64,000 nucleotides of DNA from Actinomycetota bacterium (GCA_009726125.1 WLIT01000002.1:54558-118557), one strand, 5' to 3'; shown: positions 1-11,457, counted from the stretch's first letter. Translations and numbers: made by a program. Notes: generated from the letters alone by a model not told the origin.

Positions 1-422
1 TCACGAAGTACAGCAACGTTCTTCATAGTTGCGGGATTAGCCCACATCTCTGGATGCATCGCAGGAACAAAGACCACCGGCGAAGTTGTTGCACTCAATA
101 CATTTGTTAAGAAATCATCGGCTAAACCAGCGGCCACTTTTGCCAATAAATCGGCCGTGGCAGGAGCAACAACAATCAAATTAGCGCTTCGGGCTGCTCT
201 TATATGTGGAACTTCATGAACATTATTCCAAAGGTTCTCAGTTACTGGACGACCGGATAGCGCTTCCCAAGTAGCGGTTCCTACAAAATTAAGACTAGCT
301 CGCGTTGGGATTACTGTAACTCCGAAGCCAATATCTTGAAGGCGTCTTAATAACTCTGCTGATTTGTATGCAGATATCCCACCGCCGACTCCTAGGATTA
401 ATTCACGACCCAAGAGTGTCAT
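1..422 (-). CDS. coaBC: Bifunctional phosphopantothenoylcysteine decarboxylase/phosphopantothenate-cysteine ligase CoaBC, N-terminal part (rest of gene lies outside the window)
   Basis: Minus-strand translation from the ATG at 420-422 reads MTLLGRELILGVGGGISAYKSAELLRRL..., a flavoprotein (CoaC) N-terminus. The frame is open to the window edge. It follows rpoZ as in other Actinobacteria. Confidence 0.85.
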   Translation of the reverse strand, partial: MTLLGRELILGVGGGISAYKSAELLRRLQDIGFGVTVIPTRASLNFVGTATWEALSGRPVTENLWNNVHEVPHIRAARSANLIVVAPATADLLAKVAAGLADDFLTNVLSATTSPVVFVPAMHPEMWANPATMKNVAVLR

Positions 423-453
423 CGTAATAATTGGTTATCTAAATAATTTAGAT

Positions 454-732
454 TTATTCAGCAACTACTGCTTCAGGAGCAACTGGCTCAAGATTTTCAA
501 TTGTGAGTAGACCTTCGTTAATTTCACGAAGTGCAATAGAAAGTGGCTTCTCATGAACATATGTTTCAACTAGAGGCCCTACATATTCCAGAAGACCTTC
601 GCCAAGTTGTGAGTAGTAAGCATTGATCTGACGTGCGCGCTTAGCCGCATAAAGAACCAGGCTGTATTTTGAACCGGCGGCCTCTAATAAATTATCAATC
701 GGTGGGTTTGTGATTCCATCCATGGTTGTCAT
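454..732 (-). CDS. rpoZ: DNA-directed RNA polymerase subunit omega
   Basis: 92-aa ORF with the omega signature [32 protein letters not shown]. It sits in conserved gmk-rpoZ-coaBC synteny. Confidence 0.95.
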   Translation of the reverse strand: MTTMDGITNPPIDNLLEAAGSKYSLVLYAAKRARQINAYYSQLGEGLLEYVGPLVETYVHEKPLSIALREINEGLLTIENLEPVAPEAVVAE

Positions 733-791
733 AACGAGCCTTTCTCTAATTCATACGAAATTAAACGATTTGGTGCAATTCTTATTTGTCT

Positions 792-1682
792 TTACCTGAG
801 CCGATTGGCTCGTGAAGTCGCTAAGGATAGCAGTGCTAAGGCCACTTCCTCGACCTGGTGATTTATCAGGACCTCATCGAACTCCCCCGCACAAGCCATC
901 TCTTCCTCAGCCAGTGCTAATCGCGCAGCCCTGCGTTCAATTGAGTCAGTTCCTCTGCTGGTTAAGCGTTCAACCAGATCTTCCCAGGAAGGTGGCGAGA
1001 TAAATACTAGAAGCGCTTCGGGCTCAGCCCTTCTTATCTGTCTTGCTCCCGCTATCTCGATTTCAAGCAATACATGTTTTCCCAAATTACGGGCGCTTTC
1101 AACGGCGCCCTTAAGGGTTCCATACCTAGCACCTGCAAATTGGGCCCATTCAAGAAATTCATTGTTCGCTATCAACTGATCAAATTTTTCTTCGGTAATG
1201 AAATGGTAATCGTGTCCATCACGTTCATTTTCACGGGGTTCACGAGTAGTAACGGACGTACTTACCCATACCGCTGGATGGTTTCGAAGATACGCAGTAA
1301 TAGTGCTCTTGCCAACCCCACCAGGACCAGACATAACAATTAGCGCGCCTTGGTTTACAGGAACTTTATTCAAGATCATCTCACTTCTTAATCTCTGCAA
1401 TTGATGTCTTCCTAAGCCGCCAATTCTACGGGTATCTGATATCCCTGCCTTCGACATAATCGTGAACGCCCGACGCGGGCCGATTCCCGGAGCGGCATCG
1501 AGTAATTCGCTAACGCGCATCCGTTGGATCGATTGCCTACCGTCATTTATGACTTCAAAAATTCCAATCTCACCGCTCGTGAGCGCGGCCTTAATCTCAG
1601 CACGTTCACGTCTAGATGCAACTGCTTTCTCACCAGCCGCTTTTCGCTCTTGCGGGGAGAGATCAGGTGGTCTATTTCCCAT
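792..1682 (-). CDS. gmk: Integration host factor mIHF-like domain fused in frame to guanylate kinase
   Basis: 296-aa ORF. Residues ~1-100 (PDLSPQERKAAGEKAVASRRERAEIKAAL...RRIGGLGRHQLQRL) resemble actinobacterial mIHF. Residues ~102-296 are guanylate kinase (P-loop GPGGVGKST, TTREPRENERDGHDYHF). No stop codon lies between the two parts. An internal ATG (M102, start at 1379) could also yield a stand-alone Gmk. Confidence 0.85.
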   Translation of the reverse strand: MGNRPPDLSPQERKAAGEKAVASRRERAEIKAALTSGEIGIFEVINDGRQSIQRMRVSELLDAAPGIGPRRAFTIMSKAGISDTRRIGGLGRHQLQRLRSEMILNKVPVNQGALIVMSGPGGVGKSTITAYLRNHPAVWVSTSVTTREPRENERDGHDYHFITEEKFDQLIANNEFLEWAQFAGARYGTLKGAVESARNLGKHVLLEIEIAGARQIRRAEPEALLVFISPPSWEDLVERLTSRGTDSIERRAARLALAEEEMACAGEFDEVLINHQVEEVALALLSLATSRANRLR

Positions 1683-1685
1683 TTG

Positions 1686-2387
1686 TTATTTCAGACTATC
1701 CAAAATCCTTGCAGCACCATCACTCATTTGCGTTAAAGATATCTTTGCTAAATCCGTAATCGGTCTACCAATCACCAAATAGTTTGCGCCCTCAGCGATT
1801 GCTTCAACAGGGTTCATGGTTCGCTTCTGATCCCCTTGATCTTCACCCGCTGGTCGCACTCCTGGAGTAATTATTTCAATCTCAGGGCCTACAGCGTTTC
1901 GGATTTCGCGCGCTTCAAATGGTGAACAAACAATGGAACGTGCACCGCTATTTTTAGCCAAGAGGGCTAGTCCGATAGCACTCTCTTTTGCTCCTTTTGC
2001 ATAACCGATTTCTGATACATCTTCATCTGAAAGTGAGGTCAGAATTGTTACGGCGGTAATAGAAACTTGTGGAGCGGCGCTACTAGCGGCTCGAATCATT
2101 TCGGTGCCACCACTCGCGTGAACAGTGAGAAACTTTGGTCCAGAATCCTTGACCGAAGCAACAGCCCCTGCGACGGTGTTTGGGATGTCGTGAAGTTTCA
2201 AATCTAAGAACACCTGAAATTCTCCGGAGCTTTTCAAATCATTTAACCCCTTTGTGCCGAACTTCAGGAAAAATTCCAAGCCAATTTTGTAAATCGAGAT
2301 TGACGAATTTGTTGCAGAGATCCAATTCTTAGCTGTATCTAAATCTTGGGTATCGAGGGCCAAAATTATCGGCGACTTAGCGCTCAT
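1686..2387 (-). CDS. pyrF: Orotidine 5'-phosphate decarboxylase
   Basis: 233 aa with the motifs LALD, FLDLKLHDIPNT and LVIGRPI. It is the last gene of the pyr operon. Confidence 0.93.
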   Translation of the reverse strand: MSAKSPIILALDTQDLDTAKNWISATNSSISIYKIGLEFFLKFGTKGLNDLKSSGEFQVFLDLKLHDIPNTVAGAVASVKDSGPKFLTVHASGGTEMIRAASSAAPQVSITAVTILTSLSDEDVSEIGYAKGAKESAIGLALLAKNSGARSIVCSPFEAREIRNAVGPEIEIITPGVRPAGEDQGDQKRTMNPVEAIAEGANYLVIGRPITDLAKISLTQMSDGAARILDSLK

Positions 2388-3319
2388 AGGTTTACCTCCT
2401 TCCGATGTGCATAGCCAACCGCTTCTCGAAGCGAATCAAAGCCATGAGCAATCAATTCATTCTGCAATTCTTCCTTAATTTTAATGACCGCAGTTGGGTT
2501 ACCAAATGTTGCGGTTCCTACTGATACCGCCGAAGCTCCTGCGAGAATGAGTTCGAGGGCGTCTCGACCAGATGCAACTCCACCCATTCCAAGAATTTTT
2601 ACATTTGGCAAGGCTTCGTGCACTTGATAAATCGCCCTTACTGCGATTGGTCTAATCGCTGGCCCAGATAGACCACCAGTTTTTCCTGCTAATTTAGGCC
2701 GCATCGTATTGATATCTATAACCATTCCAAGAACGGTATTGATTAACGCAAGAGCATCAGCACCAGCGGCCACAACTTCTTCCGCTATCTCGACGATGCT
2801 CGTAACATCCGGTGTTAACTTCGCGATAATCGGAAGATCACCACCAATATTTCTTCGCACGGCTTCGATCGCTGCTCTTGCAGTGGCCGGTTGGCAGGCG
2901 AAAACTTGCCCACGATTTTCAACATTGGGGCACGAGATGTTTACTTCCAAAGCAGAGATCCCTTGCACTGCTCGCAATTTGCGCGCAAGAATTGCGTAAT
3001 CTTCAACGCTCTCGCCTGCGATACTCACAACTATTCGTGCACCTTGCTCGCGCAACCAAGGAATATCTTTCTCTAAAAACAAATCGATCCCTGGTCCTTG
3101 TAAACCAATTGAGTTAAGCATGCCACTTGGAGTTTCTGCCATTCTTGGAGTGGCTCTGCCAGATCTCGCCTTAAGCATTATTGACTTCGTAACTACAGCC
3201 CCAAGTTCAGTAAGGTCGAAGAACTGAGCTAATTCTTTTCCAGAGCCTGCGCAACCGCTTGCTGTAAATATTGGATTTTCGAACTCGGCCTGCCCCAAAC
3301 TCGTGCGGAAATTAAACAT
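2384..3319 (-). CDS. pyrD: Dihydroorotate dehydrogenase, class 1B catalytic subunit
   Basis: ORF 2384..3406 was trimmed to M30, whose ATG overlaps the pyrK stop by 1 nt. It reads [25 protein letters not shown]...NISCPN..., typical of class 1 DHOD. An alternative start is M25 at 3334. Confidence 0.92.
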   Translation of the reverse strand: MFNFRTSLGQAEFENPIFTASGCAGSGKELAQFFDLTELGAVVTKSIMLKARSGRATPRMAETPSGMLNSIGLQGPGIDLFLEKDIPWLREQGARIVVSIAGESVEDYAILARKLRAVQGISALEVNISCPNVENRGQVFACQPATARAAIEAVRRNIGGDLPIIAKLTPDVTSIVEIAEEVVAAGADALALINTVLGMVIDINTMRPKLAGKTGGLSGPAIRPIAVRAIYQVHEALPNVKILGMGGVASGRDALELILAGASAVSVGTATFGNPTAVIKIKEELQNELIAHGFDSLREAVGYAHRKEVNL

Positions 3320-4176
3320 CAATTCGCTCCCCATGTTCCTTCGGGGATCTGACGCTTTGAACTCCAAATCACGCTGGAACCATCGACAACTGGTCCATCG
3401 ATGCACGAGCGCAGCATACGAATTTCACCATCCTCGCCCCTAATAGGCAACACGCAAGTCATACAAACACCAATTCCGCAAGCCATTGCTTCCTCAACCG
3501 CGCATTGGTGCACAACACCTAATTCTGCTGCAATCTGATTTATCGCTTCCAACATTCCCATTGGTCCGCAGGAATAAATAATATCTATCTGATTTGTTTC
3601 GATAATTCCAGGTAGGACATCCGTTACCTTCCCAGTGATCCCCGTTGTTCCATCTTCCGTGGTGATGGTCAAGCTGCTCACTGAGCGCTTTCCATCTAAC
3701 GGCGCATAGATCTTCATTGCCGTACTTGCACCCAGAACCATGTCGACACGACATCCACGGTTCTTCAATACTTCAGATAAGCCGAAGAGGGGGGCGCTGC
3801 CATAACCGCCACCGACAAGAAGTGCGCGAATAGGTTCTGTTGGAATACCAAATGCAGTACCGAGCGGTGCAATCAAATCAACTTTGAAGCCCACGCTTTG
3901 ATTAGTGAGCCAGGTACTTCCTGCACCATGTGGCGCAACAACAATCTCTAAGAGTCCACCGTTGGTACCTCGGTCAAAGGCGCGATAAATAGCGAAAGCC
4001 CGACGTAAAACCATTGAGCTGCTTTCACCGCCAACCGCAATCGCAACAAAGTTTCCCGGCTTCGCAAATTTAGCTAACTCCCCCACTGCAAAAACCATGT
4101 GGTGATAAGCGCCAACCTTCTTGTTGCTCACAATTTCAGCAATAACCTGGCTAGCGTTCTTATTTATCCCCATCAT
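3319..4176 (-). CDS. pyrK: Dihydroorotate dehydrogenase electron-transfer subunit (FAD/2Fe-2S)
   Basis: Ferredoxin-reductase-like protein ([14 protein letters not shown]) with the C-terminal cluster motif [10 protein letters not shown]...C. It lies between carB and pyrD as in Bacillus. The chosen ATG overlaps the carB stop. The longest ORF starts at GTG 4194. Confidence 0.87.
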   Translation of the reverse strand: MMGINKNASQVIAEIVSNKKVGAYHHMVFAVGELAKFAKPGNFVAIAVGGESSSMVLRRAFAIYRAFDRGTNGGLLEIVVAPHGAGSTWLTNQSVGFKVDLIAPLGTAFGIPTEPIRALLVGGGYGSAPLFGLSEVLKNRGCRVDMVLGASTAMKIYAPLDGKRSVSSLTITTEDGTTGITGKVTDVLPGIIETNQIDIIYSCGPMGMLEAINQIAAELGVVHQCAVEEAMACGIGVCMTCVLPIRGEDGEIRMLRSCIDGPVVDGSSVIWSSKRQIPEGTWGAN

Positions 4177-7100
4177 TCGCTTATCGCCAACCACTCTTGA
4201 ATGGAATTAATACCAAAACTCTTGCCTTGTAACTCAGAAATTCCAGCGACTGCTGCTTTAAAGCCTGCAATCGTCGTTATACAAGGAACTCCACGTTGTA
4301 TCGCCGCTGTGCGAATCATCCAACCATCAAACCTGGTTCCACGACCCAACGGAGTGTTTATTACTAATCCAACTACACCTTCAGTAATTAAATCGACTGC
4401 GGTGAACTCTCCATTTGCTCCTCGTCCCTGTGAATGCTTACGAACAACTTCGGAGCTAACGCCATTCTCGAGCAAATATTGATAAGTCCCTTGGGTAGTA
4501 AATAACTTGAAACCTAGTTCCGAAAGAGTTCGCGCCGGTTCTAACGCTGATTTTTTATCCCGTTCGGATAGCGACAGAAACACCGATCCTGATAGCGGTA
4601 GTGCTCCAAACGCTGCGGTCTGACTTTTTGCATATGCTTCTCCGAAAGTTTTTGCGATGCCCATCACTTCACCTGTTGAACGCATCTCAGGTCCTAGAAC
4701 TGAATCAACTCCAGTTCCATCATCTCTTCGAAATCTATTCCACGGAAGTACCGCCTCCTTTACAGAAATTCCTTTTGGAATTCCATCACCAGAATTTGGT
4801 AATAAACCGAGCTCTCTAAGTTCTGAAATCTTTTTTCCAGTAGCGATAAGAGCAGCACACTTTGCAAGTGGATTGCCAGTTGCTTTACTGACAAATGGCA
4901 CGGTTCTTGATGCGCGTGGATTAGCTTCCAATACGAACAACTTTTCACTGTCACTGGAATTATTAACAACCGCAAATTGAATATTAATAAGTCCACGAAC
5001 GCCGATGCCACGAGCAAGTTTCTCAGTCGCACCACGTATCTCTTGACGCAGCGCACTTCCAATTGAGTAACTAGGCAAGACACAAGCTGAATCACCTGAA
5101 TGCACACCCGCCTCTTCTATATGCTCCATAACTCCAGCCAAATACAGTTCCTCGCCATCAAATAACGCATCAACATCTATTTCAATCGCGTCATCAAGAA
5201 ACTTATCAATCAACACCGGATGATTGGGTGTTATCTCTGTTGCTTTCTGGATAAAGCCCGCTAGCGACTCATCATCATAGACAATTTCCATTCCCCGTCC
5301 ACCGAGCACGAATGAAGGTCGCACTAGAACTGGGTAGGTAATTCGATGAGCGATTGCAACCGCTTCTTCGAAAGTATCGGCCATCCCAAAGGTTGGCGCA
5401 TCTAAGGAATTGATTTCAAGCAACTCGCCAAATTGTCCGCGATCTTCAGCCAAGTCAATAGCATCAGGTGAGGTACCTAAAATTGTTACACCTGCATCTT
5501 GCAAACCACGTGCTAAGCCCAGTGGGGTTTGCCCACCAAGTTGAGCAATGACTCCTATTACTGGGCCAGCTAACTCTTCTGCGTAAATGACTTCAAGAAC
5601 ATCTTCAAGTGTAAGTGGCTCAAAATAAAGACGATCCGAAGTGTCGTAATCAGTGGAGACAGTCTCTGGATTGCAATTAATCATGATCGTTTCGAACCCC
5701 GCCTCCTTAAGCGCGAATGCGGCATGCACACATGAATAGTCAAACTCAACCCCTTGGCCAATACGGTTTGGTCCACTACCCAAGATAATAACTGCGGGTT
5801 TGGTTCGAGAAATAACTTCGCTCTCTAAATCGTAACTTGAATAATGGTATGGCGTGTGCGCTTCAAATTCTGCCGCGCAAGTATCAACAGTTTTAAATAC
5901 CGGACGCAATCCAATTCGATAGCGTGTTGCCGCGATATCGGCTCGGGTTTGACCGGTTAATTCAGATATTTGGGCATCTGAAAAACCGTAGCTCTTAGCA
6001 ATCCGTAACAACTCATCGGTTAGCGAGGGCTCCGATTTAATCTGATGGGCTATGTCATTGATAGCAACTATTTGCGCCAGAAACCAAGGATCAACTTTAG
6101 TAGCTGCAAAAACTTCATCGACGCTAGCGCCCAAATAGAGTCCAAGTTGGATTTGTTGCAATCGGTGTTCGGTTGGAATCGCCATTGCGGAAAGCAAATA
6201 TTCCTTACTCACCCCAGCCGTATTCCAATGGAAACTCGTGCCCTTTTTCTCTACTGACCGCAGAGCCTTCTGTAACGCTTCGGGAAATGAGCGCCCGATA
6301 GCCATCGCTTCACCAACGCTCTTCATTGTGGTTGTTAATTTAGTATCTGCCTCTGGAAATTTTTCGAAAGCAAATCTAGGAACCTTCACAACAATATAAT
6401 CCAAAGTCGGCTCAAAAGAAGCTGGCGTAGATTTCGTAATATCATTCTGGATTTCGTCTAGCGCATATCCAATAGCCAACTTTGTAGCGATCTTTGCGAT
6501 TGGAAATCCTGTCGCCTTAGAAGCTAAAGCTGAAGATCTAGATACCCGTGGATTCATCTCGATAACGATAATTCGACCGTCAGCTGGGTTTACTGCAAAT
6601 TGAATATTGCAACCACCCGTGGCTACACCAACCTCACGAATGATTTTAATAGAAAGATCCCGAAGCTTCTGATACTCAACATCCGTCAAGGTAAGTGCCG
6701 GAGCAACTGTAATTGAATCTCCAGTGTGAACTCCCATTGGGTCAATATTCTCAATGCTACAAACGATCACGACGTTATCCTTATGATCACGCATAACTTC
6801 TAATTCAAATTCTTTCCAGCCGATAATGGACTCTTCGAGAAGTACTTCTGTAGTTGGGCTATGCCGCAAACCAGCCCCAGCAATTAGCTCTAGATCGCTC
6901 TGATCATATGCAATTCCAGACCCAAGACCGCCCATAGTGAACGAAGGTCTTACTACGACTGGATAGTTCAAAGTTTGAGCACCGGCAATGCATTCACTCA
7001 TCGTGTGACAAATAACCGATTTCGCTGAAGAGCCACCAATTTTTTCAACTATCGTTTTAAAAACTTCACGATCTTCACCACGCTTGATTGCTGGAATATC

Positions 7101-7454
7101 CGCACCAATCAATTTCACACCTAATCGTTCCAACGAACCGCGCTCATAAAGTTCCATCGCTGCATTCAGCGCCGTCTGCCCACCAAGGGTTGCCAGAATC
7201 GCATCCGGCTTCTCCTTGATAATTATTTGCTCGATAATCTCAGCAGTGATCGGCTCAATATATGTCGCATCTGCAAACTCTGGATCGGTCATTATTGTTG
7301 CAGGATTGGAATTAATTAAAATTACTCGAATTCCTTCACTACGTAAAACTCGGCAAGCTTGGGTACCGGAATAATCAAATTCACAAGCCTGGCCAATAAC
7401 AATAGGTCCACTACCAATTACAAGAACACTTTTAATGGATTGATCTTTAGGCAT
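4173..7454 (-). CDS. carB: Carbamoyl-phosphate synthase large subunit
   Basis: About 1093 aa, with the canonical N-terminus [30 protein letters not shown] (M6 of the ORF) and duplicated ATP-grasp halves. Confidence 0.97.
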   Translation of the reverse strand: MPKDQSIKSVLVIGSGPIVIGQACEFDYSGTQACRVLRSEGIRVILINSNPATIMTDPEFADATYIEPITAEIIEQIIIKEKPDAILATLGGQTALNAAMELYERGSLERLGVKLIGADIPAIKRGEDREVFKTIVEKIGGSSAKSVICHTMSECIAGAQTLNYPVVVRPSFTMGGLGSGIAYDQSDLELIAGAGLRHSPTTEVLLEESIIGWKEFELEVMRDHKDNVVIVCSIENIDPMGVHTGDSITVAPALTLTDVEYQKLRDLSIKIIREVGVATGGCNIQFAVNPADGRIIVIEMNPRVSRSSALASKATGFPIAKIATKLAIGYALDEIQNDITKSTPASFEPTLDYIVVKVPRFAFEKFPEADTKLTTTMKSVGEAMAIGRSFPEALQKALRSVEKKGTSFHWNTAGVSKEYLLSAMAIPTEHRLQQIQLGLYLGASVDEVFAATKVDPWFLAQIVAINDIAHQIKSEPSLTDELLRIAKSYGFSDAQISELTGQTRADIAATRYRIGLRPVFKTVDTCAAEFEAHTPYHYSSYDLESEVISRTKPAVIILGSGPNRIGQGVEFDYSCVHAAFALKEAGFETIMINCNPETVSTDYDTSDRLYFEPLTLEDVLEVIYAEELAGPVIGVIAQLGGQTPLGLARGLQDAGVTILGTSPDAIDLAEDRGQFGELLEINSLDAPTFGMADTFEEAVAIAHRITYPVLVRPSFVLGGRGMEIVYDDESLAGFIQKATEITPNHPVLIDKFLDDAIEIDVDALFDGEELYLAGVMEHIEEAGVHSGDSACVLPSYSIGSALRQEIRGATEKLARGIGVRGLINIQFAVVNNSSDSEKLFVLEANPRASRTVPFVSKATGNPLAKCAALIATGKKISELRELGLLPNSGDGIPKGISVKEAVLPWNRFRRDDGTGVDSVLGPEMRSTGEVMGIAKTFGEAYAKSQTAAFGALPLSGSVFLSLSERDKKSALEPARTLSELGFKLFTTQGTYQYLLENGVSSEVVRKHSQGRGANGEFTAVDLITEGVVGLVINTPLGRGTRFDGWMIRTAAIQRGVPCITTIAGFKAAVAGISELQGKSFGINSIQEWLAISE

Positions 7455-8568
7455 TTGATACCCGCGCATTCGCCATCAGCGTTACGAATTGATCGAAGAG
7501 ATAATTCGCATCATGTGGACCTGCGGCTGCTTCAGGATGGTACTGAACGCTAAATACCGGACTCTCCAATAATTCAAGACCTTCCACTACCCCATCATTT
7601 AAAGAGATATGCGAAACGAAACCTGCGCCATAAATAGTATTGAAATTTCCCTCAACTGGTGCAGCAACAGCAAATCCGTGATTGTGCGCAGTTATCTCGA
7701 CGACACCACTTCTAAGATTCTTTACTGGTTGATTAATTCCACGATGGCCAAAAGGCAATTTATAGGTTTCAAAACCGAGGGCTCGTCCGATAATTTGATG
7801 TCCGAAACATATTCCGAAGAGCGGAACGCGGGCCGTCATTATTTCCCGCACTAGCGCGATTGCATCCACCATTGTCGCTGGGTCTCCAGGCCCATTTGAG
7901 AGAAAGATTCCATCCGGCTTTAGCGACGCAATTTCTATCATCGTAGAGGTCGCAGGTAACACATGCACTTCTATTCCACGCTCAGACATTGACCTTGGAG
8001 TAGCTGCTTTAATTCCCAAATCCAACGCTACAACAGTGAATTTCTTTTCACCGATCGCTGGAACTATATATTGCTCTTGCGTTGAGACGCTATCAGCTAA
8101 AAACGATCCAGCCATCTGCGGGGACTTTCGAACTTTAATAATCATCTCTTCTCGAGTTAACTCCGTATTTGAGAAGATTCCCACCCGCATCGATCCTAGA
8201 TCTCGTAGGTGCCTGGTGATTGCTCGAGTGTCTAACCCTTTGATTCCTACAACGTTATTGGCAATCAAGTCATCTTCAAGAGTTCGCTCTGAACGCCAAT
8301 TGCTTACAACTGGTGATGGATTTCTTACTACAAAACCACTTACCCAAATCTTCTTTGATTCCTCATCGCTTGAGTTCATTCCAGTATTACCAATATGAGG
8401 GGCAGTCATAATCACAACCTGTTTGTGATACGAAGGATCAGTTAGCGTCTCTTGATAACCCGTCATACCCGTTGAGAAAACAGCCTCACCGAAAGTTTCG
8501 CCCTCGCAAGCCCAACTTTCTCCTTCAAATACCGTTCCATCATCTAGGACGAGGAAAGCTTTACTCAA
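7447..8568 (-). CDS. carA: Carbamoyl-phosphate synthase small (glutaminase) subunit
   Basis: 373 aa with the class-I amidotransferase motif [10 protein letters not shown] and a C-terminal QYHPEA. Confidence 0.97.
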   Translation of the reverse strand: MSKAFLVLDDGTVFEGESWACEGETFGEAVFSTGMTGYQETLTDPSYHKQVVIMTAPHIGNTGMNSSDEESKKIWVSGFVVRNPSPVVSNWRSERTLEDDLIANNVVGIKGLDTRAITRHLRDLGSMRVGIFSNTELTREEMIIKVRKSPQMAGSFLADSVSTQEQYIVPAIGEKKFTVVALDLGIKAATPRSMSERGIEVHVLPATSTMIEIASLKPDGIFLSNGPGDPATMVDAIALVREIMTARVPLFGICFGHQIIGRALGFETYKLPFGHRGINQPVKNLRSGVVEITAHNHGFAVAAPVEGNFNTIYGAGFVSHISLNDGVVEGLELLESPVFSVQYHPEAAAGPHDANYLFDQFVTLMANARVSNA

Positions 8569-9857
8569 TTGCTTCCCCCATTCACAATTAGGCCATCGTT
8601 CAGTACTTGCTTCCCGTTCAAAAAAGTATGAATAACTTGACTAGGTAATTTCATGCCATCGAACGGTGTGTTTTTACTCTTAGAGCTGAGTCTATTACGG
8701 TCAACAATCCATGTCTTATCTGTGTCGATAATTGTTAGATTTGCTTGAGATCCTTTAACGATTTGATTGCCGTGCTTGGAATAACCTGCGATTTTAGCTG
8801 GGGTGATAGACATCCGATCTACCAGATCTGACCAGCTCATCAACTTACTCTCAATCATCGCTTTAACTACAACCGAAAGTGCAGTTTCAAGCCCAACCAT
8901 TCCAAATGCGGCGCTCTGCCATTCACAATCTTTATCTTCAGTTGGATGAGGTGCATGATCGGTGCCAACGATATCTATTGTTCCATCCGCTAAACCTTTG
9001 CGTAGCGCAATTACATCTTTTTCGGTACGGAGCGGTGGATTAACTTTGAAAATAGGATCATAATTTTGCACCAATTCATCGGTAAGAAGTAAGTGGTGTG
9101 GTGTCACTTCTGCGGTGACGCTAATTCCACGCGATTTTGCGAAGCGAACTAAATCAACTCCGCCCGCCGTCGTTAAATGACAGATATGGAGCCGACTTCC
9201 TACATGCTCTGCTAAAAGAATATCTCGCGCAATTATCGCTTCTTCCGCTACTGCTGGCCAACCTGTTAAACCGAGGCGCGCAGAAACAATTCCTTCATTC
9301 ATCTGCGAGCCAACAGTCAGTGCTGGATCTTGGGCATGTTGCGCAATGATTCCATTGAAAATTTTTACATATTCAAGGGCCCGGCGCATCAACATTGGAT
9401 CTGAAACACATTTTCCATCATCACTAAATATTCTGACCTTAGCTTTAGAATTTGCCATTGCCCCCAGTTCTGCCAGCGCTTCACCCTTAAGTCCCTGTGT
9501 GACCGCGCCAATTGGGAAGACATCACATAGGCCTGCTTCTTGACCCAATCTGTAAACCTGTTCAACTACACCTGCTGTGTCTGCAACCGGGAAAGTATTT
9601 GCCATTGCTGAGATTGCGGTGTAACCACCTTTCACCGCCGCGGCACTTCCAGTGGCTACAGTCTCGGAATCTTCTCGCCCAGGTTCACGTAGGTGTGTGT
9701 GCAGATCCACAAGTGCTGGAATAAGTAGATTTTTCTTAACATCGATAACTTCACCAACCTTTAAACCGTTCCCAATCTCGGAGATAACTTCGCCATTTAT
9801 AACAACATCAACGATTTGCCCATCAAGCATCCGGGCATTTCCAATTGTGAATTGCAT
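8565..9857 (-). CDS. pyrC: Dihydroorotase
   Basis: 430 aa with the amidohydrolase metal motif [10 protein letters not shown] and GTDHAPH. It overlaps carA by 4 nt. Confidence 0.95.
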   Translation of the reverse strand: MQFTIGNARMLDGQIVDVVINGEVISEIGNGLKVGEVIDVKKNLLIPALVDLHTHLREPGREDSETVATGSAAAVKGGYTAISAMANTFPVADTAGVVEQVYRLGQEAGLCDVFPIGAVTQGLKGEALAELGAMANSKAKVRIFSDDGKCVSDPMLMRRALEYVKIFNGIIAQHAQDPALTVGSQMNEGIVSARLGLTGWPAVAEEAIIARDILLAEHVGSRLHICHLTTAGGVDLVRFAKSRGISVTAEVTPHHLLLTDELVQNYDPIFKVNPPLRTEKDVIALRKGLADGTIDIVGTDHAPHPTEDKDCEWQSAAFGMVGLETALSVVVKAMIESKLMSWSDLVDRMSITPAKIAGYSKHGNQIVKGSQANLTIIDTDKTWIVDRNRLSSKSKNTPFDGMKLPSQVIHTFLNGKQVLNDGLIVNGGSN

Positions 9858-10811
9858 TTACACACTCACCTCTCCGGCAAGCGCTGCGCCACCAAGTAGT
9901 TGATAAAGAACTGCCATCCGTACGAGTACGCCATTTGAAACTTGTGCGAGCACAACTGATTTATGAGAATCTGCACTTTCGGCAGAGATTTCCAATCCGC
10001 GATTCATCGGACCAGGGTGCATAACTATCGCGTTCTCCTTCAAAGAATTTAACCTTGCTAAATCTAAGCCATATCCCCGCGAATATTCGCGCTCCGATGG
10101 GAAGAATGAATCAGCCATCCGTTCTGATTGCACTCGAAGAACCATTAGTACATCAACGCTATTGATGATGGAATCCAGGTTGTAACTAACATCTACTTTC
10201 CAATCGGTAACACCAACTGGTATCAGCGTTGGTGGCGCAATCAGTGTTACATGCGCTCCAAGTTTTGTTAATAACAACACGTTGCTCCGTGCAACCCGTG
10301 AGTGCAGAATATCGCCAACGATTCCAACCTTTAGACCATCAAAACTCTCCCGAAACTCTGGAAACCTGCTGCGAATTGTGTAGGCATCTAGAAGTGCTTG
10401 AGTTGGATGTTCATGTGTTCCATCTCCGGCATTGATTACGGAAGCGCTTATCCAACCGGAATCTGCGAGGCGTTGAGCCGCACCCGAAGCGCCATGTCGA
10501 ATTACCACTGCATCCGCGCCCATTGCCTGCAGAGTTTGAGCGGTGTCCTTTAAAGATTCACCTTTGCTGACACTTGAACCTTTCGCTGAAAAATTTATAA
10601 CATCAGCAGATAAGCGTTTTGCCGCGGATTCAAAGGAAATTCTGGTCCTTGTCGAATCCTCGAAGAAGAGATTTACAACTGTTCGCCCGCGCAACGTAGG
10701 AAGTTTTTTCACTGGTCCATCTGATATCTTCGCTAGTTCGCGAGCGGTATTCAATATCTCCAGGGCATCCGCTGCAGTTAAATCGTTTATCGAGAGCAAA
10801 TGTTTCTTCAC
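9858..10811 (-). CDS. pyrB: Aspartate carbamoyltransferase catalytic subunit
   Basis: 317 aa with the motifs STRTR, HEHPTQ and HPGP. Confidence 0.97.
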   Translation of the reverse strand: MKKHLLSINDLTAADALEILNTARELAKISDGPVKKLPTLRGRTVVNLFFEDSTRTRISFESAAKRLSADVINFSAKGSSVSKGESLKDTAQTLQAMGADAVVIRHGASGAAQRLADSGWISASVINAGDGTHEHPTQALLDAYTIRSRFPEFRESFDGLKVGIVGDILHSRVARSNVLLLTKLGAHVTLIAPPTLIPVGVTDWKVDVSYNLDSIINSVDVLMVLRVQSERMADSFFPSEREYSRGYGLDLARLNSLKENAIVMHPGPMNRGLEISAESADSHKSVVLAQVSNGVLVRMAVLYQLLGGAALAGEVSV

Positions 10812-11339
10812 TTAGGCACCCGCCACAATCGCAACGCTATCTTCGCCATCGATCTCGCTAAGACGGACCTTCACGGATTCTGTAGCGGCCGTCGGAATAT
10901 TCTTACCTACGTAGTCCGCTCGAATCGGAAGCTCGCGATGTCCGCGATCTACCAACACAGCTAACTGCACCGTTCTGGGTCTTCCAATTTCACCAAGTGC
11001 ATCCAAGGCTGCGCGAATAGTGCGTCCCGAAAATAGAACATCGTCTACCAGCACAACGTCTTTACCCTCTATGCCACCGCTAGGAATTAGAGTCGGCAGC
11101 AATGGCCGTGGTGGGCGCAACCTAAGATCATCTCTGTGGAGCGTTATATCCAAAGTTCCTACCGGAACTGGCGTTTGAATTTCTCCAAGGAATTGTGCGA
11201 TTCGTTCGCCAAGAAATGCGCCTCTAGTTGGGATTCCAAGTAAAACAACGTTCTCTAAGCCGCGATTGTGTTCAATGATTTCATGTGCAATGCGCTTTAG
11301 TGCTCGGCCAATTTCGCCGGCATCCAGGACTGTAGCCAT
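10812..11339 (-). CDS. pyrR: Bifunctional pyr operon regulator / uracil phosphoribosyltransferase PyrR
   Basis: 175 aa with the PRPP-binding motif [13 protein letters not shown]. It is the first gene of the pyr operon. Confidence 0.95.
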   Translation of the reverse strand: MATVLDAGEIGRALKRIAHEIIEHNRGLENVVLLGIPTRGAFLGERIAQFLGEIQTPVPVGTLDITLHRDDLRLRPPRPLLPTLIPSGGIEGKDVVLVDDVLFSGRTIRAALDALGEIGRPRTVQLAVLVDRGHRELPIRADYVGKNIPTAATESVKVRLSEIDGEDSVAIVAGA

Positions 11340-11345
11340 TTTTTC

Positions 11346-11380
11346 TCCTTCGCCGCCTCTCTGGACGGATCGTTAAAGGA
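11346..11380 (-). promoter_or_regulatory. PyrR-binding RNA hairpin overlapping the pyrR ribosome-binding site
   Basis: The minus-strand leader reads ...AGUCCUUUAACGAUCCGUCCAGAGAGGCGGCGAAGGAGAAAAAAUG. UCCAGAGAGGC matches the PyrR binding-loop consensus. It is flanked by CCG/CGG, and an outer UCCUU/AAGGA pairing would sequester the GAAGGAG Shine-Dalgarno. Confidence 0.7.
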
Positions 11381-11451
11381 CTTTCTTGCCTCTCGGGCTC
11401 GCAAAAGATACCACCTGTGGACAGACAAATCCATCTGCGGCTCCCCGTGCC

Positions 11452-11457
11452 TATTCT
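11452..11457 (+). promoter_or_regulatory. Candidate -10 hexamer (TATTCT) for a leaderless bldD transcript
   Basis: A TANNNT hexamer ends 6 nt before the A of the proposed bldD ATG (11464). There is no Shine-Dalgarno in between. Leaderless mRNAs are common in Actinobacteria. Confidence 0.3.

Noticed and set aside
423-453. An AT-rich palindrome (CTAAATAATTTAG) between rpoZ and coaBC, as a possible terminator.
   Set aside because: The stem is all A/T with a 1-nt loop and has no U-tract context. It is too unstable to support an intrinsic terminator call.
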